From NCBI GenBank assembly GCA_963795145.1, contig CAWCGP010000008.1, positions 160,370 to 224,369 of the forward strand: 64,000 nt of DNA, read 5' to 3'. Made by a program: the position numbers and the translations under genes. Origin of the DNA: an uncultured Actinomycetota bacterium (GTDB lineage Bacteria; Actinomycetota; Actinomycetes; Actinomycetales; Cellulomonadaceae). Each line of letters starts with the position of its first letter. Position 1 is the first letter of the stretch. Below are positions 34,943-46,100 of this stretch, piece by piece. The notes beneath the pieces are model-generated. The model saw only the letters and a list, made by a program, of their open reading frames with translations. It made no database searches and was not told the DNA's origin.

Positions 34943-36979
34943 GCGCCTCCGGCGGGCGTCGTCCCGCGCCAGCGATCCGCGCCCGGGCCCGGACCGGCCG
35001 CCACACCGCCGGCCGTGCCGCCGGCGGGTGTCCACCGCCGTCCCGCGGCGGCCCCCGCGCCCGGGCCCCGGCCCGATGGGCGGCGTTCGGCATGCCGACC
35101 GAGAAGTCGATGGACTTCGGCGGCTCGGGCCGCCGCCTGCTGCGCCAGCTCGGGCCCGAGCGACCGCGCATCGTCGCGGTGGTCGTCCTGTGCGTCGTCT
35201 CGGTCGCGCTCGCGGTGACCGGCCCCAAGCTGCTCGGGCACCGCCACCGACCTGGTGTTCTCCGGCTTCATCGCGGGCCGGCTGCCCGCCGGGATCACGC
35301 AGGCGGAGGCGGTCGACGGTCTGCGGGCGCAGGGGCAGGACCGGCTCGCCGACGTCGTCAGCGGCATGACCCTGACGCCGGGGACCGGCGTCGACGAGGC
35401 CCGGCTGGCCTCGGTCCTGCTCACCGTGCTGCTCGTGTACCTCGGGGCGTTCCTGTTCGGCTGGCTGCAGGGGCGGCTCACCACCGACATCGTGCAGCGC
35501 AGCACGTACCGGCTCCGGGAGGAGGTCGAGGCCAAGCTGTCCCGGCTCCCGCTGCGCTACGTCGACCGCCAGGAGCGCGGCGAGGTGCTCTCCCGGGTGA
35601 CCAACGACATCGACAACGTCGCCCAGACCCTCCAGCAGACGCTCGCCCAGCTCGTCACGGCGCTGCTGACGGTCGTCGGCGTGCTCGCGATGATGGTCTG
35701 GATCTCGCCGCTGCTGGCCCTGGTCGCCCTGGTCACGGTGCCGCTGTCGGTCGGGGTGACGATCGCGATCGCGAAGCGGTCGCAGCCGCAGTTCGTCGCG
35801 CAGTGGGCGTGGACCGGCCAGGTCAACGCCCACATCGAGGAGATGTACACCGGGCACGCGCTGGTCAAGGTGTTCGGCCGCCAGGCGGAGGCGATCGAGA
35901 CCTTCCGCGAGCGCAACGAGCAGATGTACGCCGCGAGCTTCCGCGCCCAGTTCATCTCCGGGATGATCCAGCCGGCGATGGGCTTCCTCGCGAACCTCGG
36001 GTACGTCGCGGTCGCCGTCGTCGGCGGGCTGCGGGTCGCCTCGGGCGCGATCACGCTCGGGGACGTGCAGGCGTTCCTGCAGTACTCGCGCCAGTTCACG
36101 CAGCCGCTGACCCAGGTCGCGTCGATGATGAACCTGCTGCAGTCCGGGGTGGCGTCCGCGGAGCGCGTCTTCGAGCTGCTGGACGCCGAGGAGCAGACGC
36201 CGGACCCGGACCCGGCGGTGGCGCCGGTGCGACCGGTGCGCGGGCGGGTCGCATTCGAGGACGTCTCGTTCCGGTACGACCACGGGACTCCGCTCATCGA
36301 GCACCTGTCGCTGGTCGCCGAGCCCGGCAGCACGGTCGCGATCGTCGGCCCGACCGGGGCCGGCAAGACGACGCTGGTGAACCTGCTGATGCGCTTCTAC
36401 GAGATCGACGCCGGACGCATCACGCTCGACGGCGTCGACACCCGCGACATGACCCGCGAGGCGCTGCGCTCGCAGATCGGCATGGTCCTGCAGGACACCT
36501 GGCTGTTCGGCGGCACGATCGCGGACAACCTGCGCTACGGCGCCCCGGAGGCGAGCGAGGAGGCGATGGTCGCCGCCGCGCGAGCCACGCACGTCGACCG
36601 GTTCGTCCGGACGCTGCCCGACGGGTACGCGACCCGCCTGGACGACGAGGGGTCGAACGTCAGCGCGGGTGAGAAGCAGCTCCTGACGATCGCGCGGGCC
36701 TTCCTCGCCGACCCGGCGATCCTCGTCCTGGACGAGGCGACGTCGTCGGTGGACACCCGGACCGAGGTGCTCGTGCAGCACGCGATGGCGGCGCTGCGGT
36801 CGGGCCGCACGTCGTTCGTCATCGCGCACCGGCTGTCGACCATCCGCGACGCCGACGTCATCCTCGTCATGGAGCACGGGTCGATCGTGGAGCACGGCAC
36901 CCACACGGAGCTCCTGGCGGCCGGCGGCGCCTACGCCGCCCTCTACGCGAGCCAGTTCGCGGCGGCGGTGACCGAGTAG
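34939..36979 (+). CDS. ABC exporter, fused TMD-NBD half-transporter (heterodimer partner 2), one frameshift about 35250
   Basis: Basic Pro/Gly/Arg-rich N-terminal tail, then [50 protein letters not shown]...[15 protein letters not shown]...[62 protein letters not shown]...[36 protein letters not shown]...[31 protein letters not shown]. The ATG overlaps the partner-1 stop (ATGA). Confidence 0.85.
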
Positions 36980-37001
36980 CGCAGGCTGGGAGGATCTGCG
37001 C

Positions 37002-37898
37002 GTGCCGATCCACCGCCTCACCACCGCCGACGACGAGCGCCTCGCCGACTACACCCGGCTGACCGACGTCGCCCTGCGGGCCAAGCACGAGCCCGCGAAG
37101 GGCCTGTACATCGCGGAGAGCTCGACCGTGATCCGCCGGGCGGTCGCCGCCGGTCACCGGCCGCGCTCCCTGCTCATGGCGGAGCGGTGGCTCCCGGACC
37201 TCGCGGACCTGCTCGAGGACGTCGGGGCGGGGCCCGACGGCGACGTCCCGGTCTTCGTCGCCGAGGCCGAGGTGCTCGAGCGGATCACCGGGTTCCACCT
37301 GCACCGCGGCGCGCTCGCGGCGATGCACCGCCCCGCGCTGCCGGGGGTGCACGAGCTGCTCGCCGGCGCCCGCGGCGGGGCGGGCGCGCGACGGGTGGCC
37401 GTGCTGGAGGACGTCGTCGACCACACGAACGTGGGCGCGATCTTCCGCAGCGCCGCGGGGCTGGGGGTCGACGCCGTCCTCGTGAGCCCGCGGTGCGCCG
37501 ACCCGCTCTACCGGCGGTCGGTGCGGGTCTCCATGGGCACGGTGTTCCAGGTGCCGTGGACGCGGCTGACCACATGGCCGGGCGGGCTGGACGACCTGCG
37601 CGCGGACGGCTTCACGGTCGCGGCCCTCGCCCTGGCCGACGACGCCGTCACGCTCGACCGGCTGGCCACGGACGCCCCCGAGCGGCTCGCGCTCGTGCTG
37701 GGGACCGAGGGGGACGGGCTGTCCCGGGGCGCGGTGGCGGCGGCCGACGTCGTCGTCCGCATCCCGATGGCCGGCGGCGTCGACTCGCTCAACGTCGCGG
37801 CGGCGTCGGCGGTGGCGTTCTGGGCGACGCGGGTCGCGGACGGCGACGACCGCCCGCCGGGCCCGGACGACGTGTCGGCGGCGCCCGCTACGGTCTGA
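37002..37898 (+). CDS. SpoU/TrmH-family RNA 2'-O-methyltransferase, intact
   Basis: Intact 298-aa ORF with ...VAVLEDVVDHTNVGAIFRSAAGLGVDAVLVSPRCADPLYRRSVRVSMGTVFQVPW...LALVLGTEGDGLSRGAVAAADVVVRIPMAGGVDSLNVAAASAVAFW (SPOUT motifs). Confidence 0.8.
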   Translation: MPIHRLTTADDERLADYTRLTDVALRAKHEPAKGLYIAESSTVIRRAVAAGHRPRSLLMAERWLPDLADLLEDVGAGPDGDVPVFVAEAEVLERITGFHLHRGALAAMHRPALPGVHELLAGARGGAGARRVAVLEDVVDHTNVGAIFRSAAGLGVDAVLVSPRCADPLYRRSVRVSMGTVFQVPWTRLTTWPGGLDDLRADGFTVAALALADDAVTLDRLATDAPERLALVLGTEGDGLSRGAVAAADVVVRIPMAGGVDSLNVAAASAVAFWATRVADGDDRPPGPDDVSAAPATV

Positions 37899-37901
37899 CG
37901 C

Positions 37902-38504
37902 GTGCCGACCGCCTTCTCCGTGAAACCCACCCTCGTGGGCGAGCGCGTCGTCCTGCGCCCGTTCACCCCCGCCGACATCGAGGCGATGGGCGCCGTCCTC
38001 GCGGACGCCGAGGTCATCCGCCTCACCGGCAGCGCGCACTCCACCGCCGAGGCGACCGGCGCCGGCGCCACGCACGACGACGCCACGCTGCGCTGGTACC
38101 GCACCCGCGCCGAGCAGGACGACCGCCTCGACCTGGCGATCGTCGACCGGGCGACGGACCGGTGCGTGGGCGAGGTCGTGCTCAACGACTGGGAGCCGGA
38201 GAACCAGTCGTGCAACTTCCGGATCCTCGTGGGTCCCGAGGGGCGCGGCCGGGGGCTCGGGACGGAGGCGACGCGCCTGGTCCTGCGGCACGCGTTCCGG
38301 GCGACCGACCTGTACCGCGTCGAGCTCGGCGTGTACGCCTTCAACCCGCGAGCCCGGGACGTCTACGAACGGGTCGGCTTCGTGGCGGAGGGCACCCGGC
38401 GGGGGGCGCTGGTGTTCGACGGCGAGCGGGTCGACGAGATCACGATGTCGGTCCTGCGGCCGGAGTGGCTCGCCCGCGAGGCGGGCGGGTCGACGCCGGG
38501 CTGA
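37902..38504 (+). CDS. GNAT family N-acetyltransferase (RimJ/RimL-like), intact
   Basis: Intact 200-aa ORF ...GERVVLRPFTPADIEAMGAVLADAEVIRLTG...LAIVDRATDRCVGEVVLNDWEPENQSCNFRILVGPEGRGRGLGTEATRLVLRHAFRATDLYRVELGVYAFNPRARDVYERVGFVAEG. Confidence 0.75.
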   Translation: MPTAFSVKPTLVGERVVLRPFTPADIEAMGAVLADAEVIRLTGSAHSTAEATGAGATHDDATLRWYRTRAEQDDRLDLAIVDRATDRCVGEVVLNDWEPENQSCNFRILVGPEGRGRGLGTEATRLVLRHAFRATDLYRVELGVYAFNPRARDVYERVGFVAEGTRRGALVFDGERVDEITMSVLRPEWLAREAGGSTPG

Positions 38505-38571
38505 CGGCTCCCGGCGCGCGTCGCGCCCGGGCGAGGCGGGGGCCCGGGGTGGCGCTGCGGGCCGGGCCGGG

Positions 38572-39198
38572 TCACCCCAGGGCGAGGTCGGCGACGACCT
38601 CGGCGCGCGGCAGGCGCCCGAGCAGCGCGCCCGGCAGGCTGATCTTGGACCCACGGATCCCGCTGCCGATGATCACCGCCGGGTGCCCGGCGTGAGGGCC
38701 GTCGTCCGGGGCGACGTCCGCCACGACGACGCGCGCGTCCACGAGGATGCGCCAGTCGTCCGGGAGCCCCAGGGGCGTGATCCCGCCGTACTCCATCGCG
38801 GACCCGGCGGTGGCACGGTCGGTCGACAGGAACGACGCCTTGCGGACGTCGAGCAGACGCTTGATCGCGTTGTTGACGTCGGCGCGGGTCGTGGCCAGGA
38901 CGACGGCGGCCGCGGTCCGCTCCTCGCCGGAGCGGCGGCCCGCGACCACCACGCAGTTCGCCGACGTCCCCAGCGGCAGGTCGTACGCGGCGACGAGCGC
39001 CGCGGTGTCCGCGAGGTCCGGGTCGATCGCGGCGACGGCCACCGCGTCGGCGACCGCCGGCTCGACCGCGGCCCAGCCCGTGAGCGTGGCGTGCGTGCTC
39101 GCGGCCATGAGCTCGGGGTGGTCGACGGCGCGCAGCCAGACCAGGGGCGGGTGCGCGGGCTGCGACGGCTGCGACGGGTCCGGGGACGACGAGGTCAT
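38572..39198 (-). CDS. YbaK/aminoacyl-tRNA deacylase (trans-editing) family protein, intact
   Basis: Intact 208-aa ORF ...[89 protein letters not shown]. The ATG overlaps the upstream PEBP stop (ATGA). Confidence 0.7.
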   Translation of the reverse strand: MTSSSPDPSQPSQPAHPPLVWLRAVDHPELMAASTHATLTGWAAVEPAVADAVAVAAIDPDLADTAALVAAYDLPLGTSANCVVVAGRRSGEERTAAAVVLATTRADVNNAIKRLLDVRKASFLSTDRATAGSAMEYGGITPLGLPDDWRILVDARVVVADVAPDDGPHAGHPAVIIGSGIRGSKISLPGALLGRLPRAEVVADLALG

Positions 39199-39725
39199 CG
39201 CTGGGACGTCGGCGTGATCGTCGCCCGGGCGAGGGTGTGGAACAGGGCGGTGAACGCGACGGTGGTCGGCGTGGCGTCCGCGTCGAGACCGAGCGTCTCC
39301 ACGTCGAGGGCGTGCACGGCGAACACGTAGCGGTGCACCCGGTCGCCGGGCGGCGGTGCGGCGCCGGTGTACCCGGTCGTCCCGGCGTCGTTGCGGGTCT
39401 GGAGCGCGGGCGCGGGGAGGGCGGCGCCGTCGGGCGATCCGGCACCGGCCGGGAGCGACGTCGTCCCCGCGGGCAGGTCGGCGACCGTCCAGTGCCAGTA
39501 GCCCGCCGGGGTCGGCGCGTCCGGGTCGAAGCAGCTGACGACGAACGAGCGGGTGCCCTCGGGGAAGCCCGCCCAGGCCAGGTGCGGGGAGCGGTCGTCT
39601 CCGTCGGCGGTCGTGGCCGGCGGCATCGGCTCGCCGTCGACGACGTCGTCGCTGCGGACGGTGAACGTCGGGACGTCCGGCAGGAGGCTGTACGGGTCGG
39701 GCGGGATCGGGCGGTCGAGGTTCAC
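39195..39725 (-). CDS. YbhB/YbcL (PEBP/Raf-kinase-inhibitor-like) family protein
   Basis: [96 protein letters not shown]...[61 protein letters not shown]. Confidence 0.7.
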   Translation of the reverse strand: MNLDRPIPPDPYSLLPDVPTFTVRSDDVVDGEPMPPATTADGDDRSPHLAWAGFPEGTRSFVVSCFDPDAPTPAGYWHWTVADLPAGTTSLPAGAGSPDGAALPAPALQTRNDAGTTGYTGAAPPPGDRVHRYVFAVHALDVETLGLDADATPTTVAFTALFHTLARATITPTSQR

Positions 39726-40085
39726 GCGCTGCTCCTGACGACGGTCGAGGTGCTGGTCACCGGGCGGTCCGTCCGGTGACGGAGGACGCGCGGCGGGGTC
39801 CATCGTGCCGGGCGAGGCGCTCGTGCGCGCGGTCGGCGCGCGGCCCGGTGGTCGGCAGCGCCGAGCGGCGTGGCGGCCGGTCGGACGCCCCGGCGCGGTC
39901 GCGGGAACGGGCGTCCCGGCACAGCGACGAGCGCGGTCGGGACGACGGCGGACCGGGCTGCGAGGGCGCTGCCCGCGTCGGTCCGGACGGCTCGAGACGG
40001 GGAGGGCTGGGGATGGCGCCACGCCGTCCACGACTCGCCGGGAGCGGTTGACACCGGTCCGGCCGAGGCCTGTACTGGTGTCAGT

Positions 40086-40101
40086 TCGAACAGATGTTCG
40101 A
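40086..40101. promoter_or_regulatory. LexA SOS box TCGAAC-AGAT-GTTCGA (perfect actinobacterial consensus), 30 nt upstream of imuA', preceded by a TTGACA -35-like hexamer at 40048-40053
   Basis: The sequence gtTCGAACagatGTTCGAac is a perfect palindrome matching the Actinobacteria LexA box TCGAAC-N4-GTTCGA. It is located immediately 5' of the imuA'-imuB-dnaE2 cassette, which is classically LexA-regulated. Confidence 0.8.
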
Positions 40102-40130
40102 ACGACTTGACGCCGGGAAGGGGTGACGCG

Positions 40131-41348
40131 ATGACCGTACTCGACGGCGTGGACTGTGCCGCCGCGGGTCGGCCCGCCCCTGACCGGACCACGTCGGGCC
40201 GGGTGACGCCGGACCGGACCGCCACGGGCCGGGCTGCGCCGGACCGGACCGCCTCGGACCGGGCTGCGCCGGACCGGACCGCCTCGGACCGGGCTGCGCC
40301 GGGCCGGACCGCCTCGGACCGCGCTGCGGACCGGACCACCGCGGACCGCGCGGCCCTGGCCCGCGCGGTGCTCGCCCGGGCCGAGCTCCGGACCGGTGCG
40401 CGCAGCACGATGCGGAGCGGCGGCGGCAGTGCTGCCGGCTCCCGCGCTGCCGCGACCCGCGCAGCCGCGACGGGTGCCGAGGGGGTCGGCGCATCCGGTG
40501 GCGCCACGAACGGGGCCGGCGCATCCGGTGCCGGGGGGACCCATGCCGGGGGGACCGGCGTCGGCGCATCGCGAGCGACCGAGGTGCCGGCCCGTGCCGT
40601 CACCCGGTCCATGGGCTCGGCCGTGGGACCGGTCGCGGCCCCCGAGCCGGCGCAGCGCGCGACGGGCGCGGTGCCCACCCCCGGCTCGTCGCTGACCCAT
40701 CCGGACCGTCCCCCGCTGCCGGTGTCCCCGGCACTCGCGGAGCTGCTGCCCGAGGGTGCGCTGCGTCGTGGCGCGTCCCTGGTGGTGACCGGGTCGACGT
40801 CCCTGCTGCTGGCCCTGGTGGCGCGCGCGTCGCAGGAGGGGTCGTGGGTCGGGGTCGTCGGGCTGCCCGCGGTCGGCCTGCTGGCGGCCCAGCAGTCCGG
40901 CGTCGTGCTGGACCGGCTCGCGCTGGTCCCACGACCCGGTCCGGACGCGCCCACGGTGCTGGCGGCGCTGCTCGACGGCGTCGACCTGGTCGTGGTGGGG
41001 GACGACGCGGCGCTGGTGGACTCCGACCGCCGTCGGCTCACCGCCCGTGCCCGCGAGCGTGGCACCGTGCTGCTGTCCACGGCGCCGTGGCCGGGTGCGC
41101 ACGTGGTGCTGACCGCCGAGCCGGTCGAGTGGACCGGGCTCGGTGCGGGGTACGGGCACCTGGACCGGCACCGGGTCGCGGTGACCCGTGGCGGCCGCGG
41201 CAGTGCCGGCCGCGGGGTCCGGACCGAGGTCGTCCTGCCGGTGCGTCCCCAGGACGCGCCCGCGACGTCGTCCACGACGACGGCGACCCAGCGGCCCGCC
41301 GGCACGGCGCCGGCGCCCGTCCGGGTCCCGTTGCGGATGGTGGGGTGA
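40131..41348 (+). CDS. imuA': ImuA'-like SOS mutasome accessory protein (RecA/SulA-like fold family) with N-terminal 10-aa tandem-repeat extension; intact 405 aa
   Basis: Intact ORF. The C-terminal domain ...[66 protein letters not shown]...[63 protein letters not shown] is typical of ImuA'. The position (LexA box - this gene - imuB - dnaE2) matches the actinobacterial mutasome cassette. Confidence 0.7.
   Translation: MTVLDGVDCAAAGRPAPDRTTSGRVTPDRTATGRAAPDRTASDRAAPDRTASDRAAPGRTASDRAADRTTADRAALARAVLARAELRTGARSTMRSGGGSAAGSRAAATRAAATGAEGVGASGGATNGAGASGAGGTHAGGTGVGASRATEVPARAVTRSMGSAVGPVAAPEPAQRATGAVPTPGSSLTHPDRPPLPVSPALAELLPEGALRRGASLVVTGSTSLLLALVARASQEGSWVGVVGLPAVGLLAAQQSGVVLDRLALVPRPGPDAPTVLAALLDGVDLVVVGDDAALVDSDRRRLTARARERGTVLLSTAPWPGAHVVLTAEPVEWTGLGAGYGHLDRHRVAVTRGGRGSAGRGVRTEVVLPVRPQDAPATSSTTTATQRPAGTAPAPVRVPLRMVG
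40181..40352 (+). repeat. About 30-bp tandem repeat x4.5 inside the imuA' 5' region encoding (A/T)PDRTASDRA decapeptide repeats
   Basis: gcgccggaccggaccgcctcggaccgggct is repeated with a few substitutions; it translates in frame to ...[53 protein letters not shown]. Confidence 0.7.
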
Positions 41349-41349
41349 G

Positions 41350-43140
41350 GGTGGTGACGGTCGCTCCCGCTGCGGCCCGCTCCGCTCGCCCGGAGGCGCC
41401 CGCCCGGCCCGCCCCGACGCCGGCCCGGACCGGGACACCGCGTCCACCCGGACGGCCGCGCTGTGGGTGCCGGACTGGCCGGTGGTGGCGGCGATGGTGG
41501 CCGATCAGGTGGACGCGCACCGTCCGGCCGCTGTCCACGACGGCCGGACGGTCACTGCGGTCTCCGCGCTCGCGCGTGCGCAGGGGGTGCGCCGGGGGAT
41601 GCGGCGTCGTCAGGCCCAGGAGTGCTGCCCGGGGCTCGAGCTGCTGGCGGTGGACGAGGGCCGCGACGCCCGGTCGTTCGAGCCGGTCGCCGCCGCGGCC
41701 GAGACGGTCGTCGCCGGGCTCGAGATCGCCCGGCCGGGACTGCTGCTCCTGCCGGCGGCCGGTGCGAGCCGGTACCACGGGTCGGAGACGGCGCTCGCGG
41801 AGCGGCTGGTGGCGCAGGTCGCCGAGGCCACCGGTCACGAGTGCCAGGTGGGCGTCGCCGACGGGCTCCTCGCCGCGGTGCTGGCCGCCCGGTCCGCACG
41901 CGTGGTGCCGCCCGGGACGGCGCGCGCGTTCCTCGCACCCCGCGGCGTGACCGAGCTCGTCCACGCCGCGATCGGGGAGGAGGCGGTCGCCGAGGTCGGC
42001 GCGCTGGTCGACCTCCTGGTCCGCCTCGGCCTGCACACGCTGGGCGACCTCACGGCGCTCCCCGCCGCCGACGTCGAGGCACGGTTCGGTCCCGGTGGCA
42101 CGTGGGCGCACCGCCTCGCACGCGGGGAGGACGTGCGGCCGCCGGCCCGGCGCCGGCTCGAGCCGGACGTCGCCGTCGAGTGCGAGCTCGACCCGCCCGC
42201 CGAGCGGGTCGACGCCGCCGCCTTCGCCGCGCGCCGTCTCGCGGAGCAGCTGCAGGCGATGCTCCTCGAGCGCTCGTCCGGCTGCGGTCGGCTGCGGATC
42301 ACGGCCCGGACCGAGTCCGGCGAGGAGCTCGTCCGCACCTGGCGCACCGACGCCGGCGGGTTGGGCGGGCTCAGCGCTGCGCGGATCACCGACCGGGTCC
42401 GCTGGCAGCTCGAGGGGTGGCTGTCGGGCAGTGCAGCCACGGGACGCCGCGGGAGCGAGGGCCCGTGCACGAGGGAGGGCACGAGGGAGGGCACGCGGGA
42501 GAGCGCAGGGGCGTGGACGGGGACGCCGGCCCCGTCGGCGCTGACCCGGCTGGGGATCGCGGCGGAGGAGGTCGCCCCCGCCGGTGCGGAGCAGGGCAGG
42601 TTGTGGGGCGGCGCGAGTGGCGGCGACCTGCGGGCGCACCGGGCGCTGCTGCGGGTGCAGGGGCTGCTCGGCGGGGAGGGCGTGCTCGTCGCGACCCTGC
42701 AGGGCGGACGGGACGTGCGCGACCAGGTCCACCTCGTGCCGTGGGGCGACGCGCGGGCGGCCCAGCGGGCGGCGGACCGGCCCTGGCCGGGGCGGCTGCC
42801 CGAGCCCGCGCCGGCGACCGTGCTCGTCGAGCCGGTCCGGGTCGACGTCCTCGACGCCGACGCCGACGCCTGCCCGGTCCGGGTGGACACCCGGCTGGCG
42901 CTGAGCGCACCCCCGGCGATGCGTCCGGTGGGCGACCGCCGGTGCCGACCGCCCGGAGATCCCCGGGATCACCGCCGGGACCCACCGGCTGGTGGCCTGG
43001 GCCGGTCCGTGGCCGATGGTCGAGCGCTGGTGGACGCCGTCGCCGCGTCGACGCGTGCACCTCCAGGTCGCGCTGGAGGGCGGGCGCGCGCTGCTGCTGT
43101 CCTGCACGCAGGGGGAGTGGGTCTGCGAGGCGGTCTATGA
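41350..43140 (+). CDS. imuB: ImuB (inactive Y-family polymerase-like mutasome subunit); start uncertain, frameshift near 3' end
   Basis: ...[170 protein letters not shown]...[97 protein letters not shown]. Its stop overlaps the dnaE2 ATG (ATGA). Confidence 0.8.
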   Translation, partial: GGDGRSRCGPLRSPGGARPARPDAGPDRDTASTRTAALWVPDWPVVAAMVADQVDAHRPAAVHDGRTVTAVSALARAQGVRRGMRRRQAQECCPGLELLAVDEGRDARSFEPVAAAAETVVAGLEIARPGLLLLPAAGASRYHGSETALAERLVAQVAEATGHECQVGVADGLLAAVLAARSARVVPPGTARAFLAPRGVTELVHAAIGEEAVAEVGALVDLLVRLGLHTLGDLTALPAADVEARFGPGGTWAHRLARGEDVRPPARRRLEPDVAVECELDPPAERVDAAAFAARRLAEQLQAMLLERSSGCGRLRITARTESGEELVRTWRTDAGGLGGLSAARITDRVRWQLEGWLSGSAATGRRGSEGPCTREGTREGTRESAGAWTGTPAPSALTRLGIAAEEVAPAGAEQGRLWGGASGGDLRAHRALLRVQGLLGGEGVLVATLQGGRDVRDQVHLVPWGDARAAQRAADRPWPGRLPEPAPATVLVEPVRVDVLDADADACPVRVDTRLALSAPPAMRPVGDRRCRPPGDPRDHRRDPPAGGLGRSVADGRALVDAVAASTRAPPGRAGGRARAAAVLHAGGVGLRGGL

Positions 43141-46100
43141 CTGAGATCCCGACCGGTCCCGGCGCAGCGACCGGTCCCGGCGCAGCGACCGGTCCCGGTG
43201 CAGCGACCGGGACGACGCGGCGGTCGACGCCCGCGTCCGCGCCGCGCTACGCCGAGCTGCACGCGCACTCGGCGTTCAGCTTCCTCGACGGCGCCAGCCA
43301 GCCCGAGGAGCTCGCCGCCGAGGCGGCGCGGCTCGGGCCTGTCCGCCCTCGCGCTCACCGACCACGACGGCCTGTACGGCGTGGTGCGGTTCGCCCAGGC
43401 GGCGAAGGCCGTCGGGCTGCCCACGGTCTTCGGCGCCGAGCTCCACCTGCCGGTCCCCACCCGGACCGGTGACGTCCTCGACCCGCCCACCGGCGTCCCG
43501 GACCCGCGGTCCACCCACCTGCTCGTCCTGGCCCGCGGCGCCCAGGGCTACCGCAACCTCTCCCGGGCGATCGCGACCGCCCACCTCGACACGGGCCGCA
43601 AGGGTGCCGCGGCGTACACGCTCGAGGGCCTCGCGCGAGCAGGCCGACGGCCAGTGGCTCGTGCTCACCGGGTGCCGCAAGGGCGCCGTCCGCCGCGCGC
43701 TCGAGGGTGGCGGCAGGGGCGGCCCGGTCAGGGGTGGCCCGGCCGGGGATGGCCAGGCCGCGGGTGGTCCGGGCGCAGGGGCCGTCGGCCCCGCCGCGGC
43801 GCGGGGGGAGCTGGACCGGCTGGTGGCGCTGTTCGGCCGGGACAACGTCGCGGTCGAGGTGACCGACGTCGGCGACCCGTGGGACTCCGAGCGCATCGAC
43901 GCCCTGGCCGCGCTGGCGGCGTCGGCCCGGCTGCCGCTCGTCGCGACCGGCGGTGTGCACTACGCCGACCCCGCGCGACGCCGACCTCGCCGGCGCGCTC
44001 GCGGCGGTGCGCGCCCGCTCGTCCCTCGAGGACCTCGACGGCTGGCTGCCCGCGACCGCCGGCGCCCACCTGCGGTCGGCCACGGAGATGCTCGTCCGGC
44101 ACGCGCGCCACCCGCAGGCGGTGGCCACGGCCGCGGCGCTCGGCGACGAGTGCGCGTTCGACCTGGCCCTGGTCGCCCCGAACCTGCCGCCGTACCCGGT
44201 GCCGCCCGGGCACACCGAGGCCTCCTGGCTGCGGGAGCTCACCTGGCAGGGCGCGCGCCGCCGGTACGGCCCGCCGGAGGCGGAGCGGGTGCCCGGGGCC
44301 TACGCGCAGATCGCGCACGAGCTCGACGTCATCGAGCGAGCTGGACTTCCCGGGGTACTTCCTCATCGTCCACGACCTGGTCGACTTCTGCCGCCGCAAC
44401 GGGCATCCTCTGCCAGGGCCGCGGCTCCGCCGCCAACTCCGCGGTCTGCTACGCCCTCGGGGTCACCGCGGTCGACGCGGTGCGGCACGGCCTGCTGTTC
44501 GAGCGCTTCCTCGCCCCCGAGCGGGACGGGCCGCCGGACATCGACGTCGACATCGAGTCCGGTCGCCGCGAGGAGGTCATCCAGTACGTCTACGCCAAGC
44601 ACGGCCGCACCCACGCCGCGCAGGTCGCCAACGTCATCTCCTACCGGCCCCGAGTCCGCGGTGCGCGACGCCGCCCGCGCGCTCGGCTACGACGTCGGGC
44701 AGCAGGACGCGTGGAGCAAGAGCATCGAGCAGTGGGGGAGCCTGCGGGACGCCTCGCCCGTGCCGGCGCTGCCGGAGGACTACGGCGCCGGACCGGCACG
44801 ACACCGTGCCCGGTGCACCGGCCGGAGTCGGCCGAGTCGATGGCCGAGATCCCCGAGCACGTGCTCGACCTCGCCGACCGGATGCTCCGGCTGCCCGCGC
44901 CACCTGGGCATCCACTCCGGCGGGATGGTCATGTGCGACCGGCCGGTCATCGAGGTGTGCCCGGTGGAGTGGGCGACGCATGCCGGGACGCACGGTGCTG
45001 CAGTGGGACAAGGACGACTGCGCGGACGCCGGGCTGGTGAAGTTCGACCTGCTGGGGCTGGGCATGCTCACGCGCGCTGCGGAACGCGTTCGACGCTGGT
45101 CCGCGAGCACGAAGGGCGTCACGGCTCGACCTGCACGAGCTGCCGCAGGAGGACCCGCACGTCTACGACCTGCTGTGCGCGGCGGACACCGTCGGCGTGT
45201 TCCAGGTCGAGTCCCGCGCGCAGATGGGCGACCCTGCCGCGGCTGCGGCCGCGACGGTTCTACGACATCGTCGTGGAGGTCGCGCTCATCCGGCCCGGGC
45301 CCGATCCAGGGCGGCTCGGTGCACCCGTACATCGCCCGCTACGCAGGGCCGGGAGAAGGTCACCTACCTGCACCCGCTGCTGGAGAAGTCGCTGAGCCAA
45401 GACGCTCGGCGTCCCGCTGTTCCAGGAGCAGCTCATGCAGATGGCGATCGACGTCGCCGACTTCACGCCGGCGCGGAGGCGGACCAGCTGCGGCGCGCGA
45501 TGGGGTCCAAGCGGTCGCACGGCGAAGATGGAGGCGCTGCACGCCCGGCTGCTCGACGGGATGGAGCGCAAGGGGATCGGCCGCGACGTCGGCGAGCAGA
45601 TCTTCGACAAGCTCAAGGCGTTCGCCGACTTCGGCTTCCCCGAGTCGCACGCGTACTCCTTCGCCTACCTCGTCTACGCCAGCACCTGGCTCAAGGCGCA
45701 CCACCCGGCCGCCTTCTACGCCGGCCTGCTCGCGGCGCAGCCGATGGGTTTCTACTCCCCGCAGTCCCTGGTGGCCGACGCGCGGCGGCACGGGATGCAC
45801 GGTGCTGCGCCCCGACGTGCAGGCGTCGGGGGTGCTGGCCGGGCTCGAGCGGGTGCCCGGGACGGTCGGCCCCGCGCTGCCGCTCGCGCCGCTGGAGGGC
45901 GGGACGACCCTGCCCGCCGCACGCTCGCGCGAGGCACTGAGCGGCCTCGCCGAGGAGGGGCCGGTCCGTCCCGACGGCGTGCGTCCCGACGGGTCCGCAT
46001 CGACGGCGTCGTCCCGACGGGGTGCATGGTGACGCCGTGCCGGACGACGACGCGGCGACCGCGAGCCGACGGTGCCCTCGCCGTCCGCCTGGGTCTGGCG

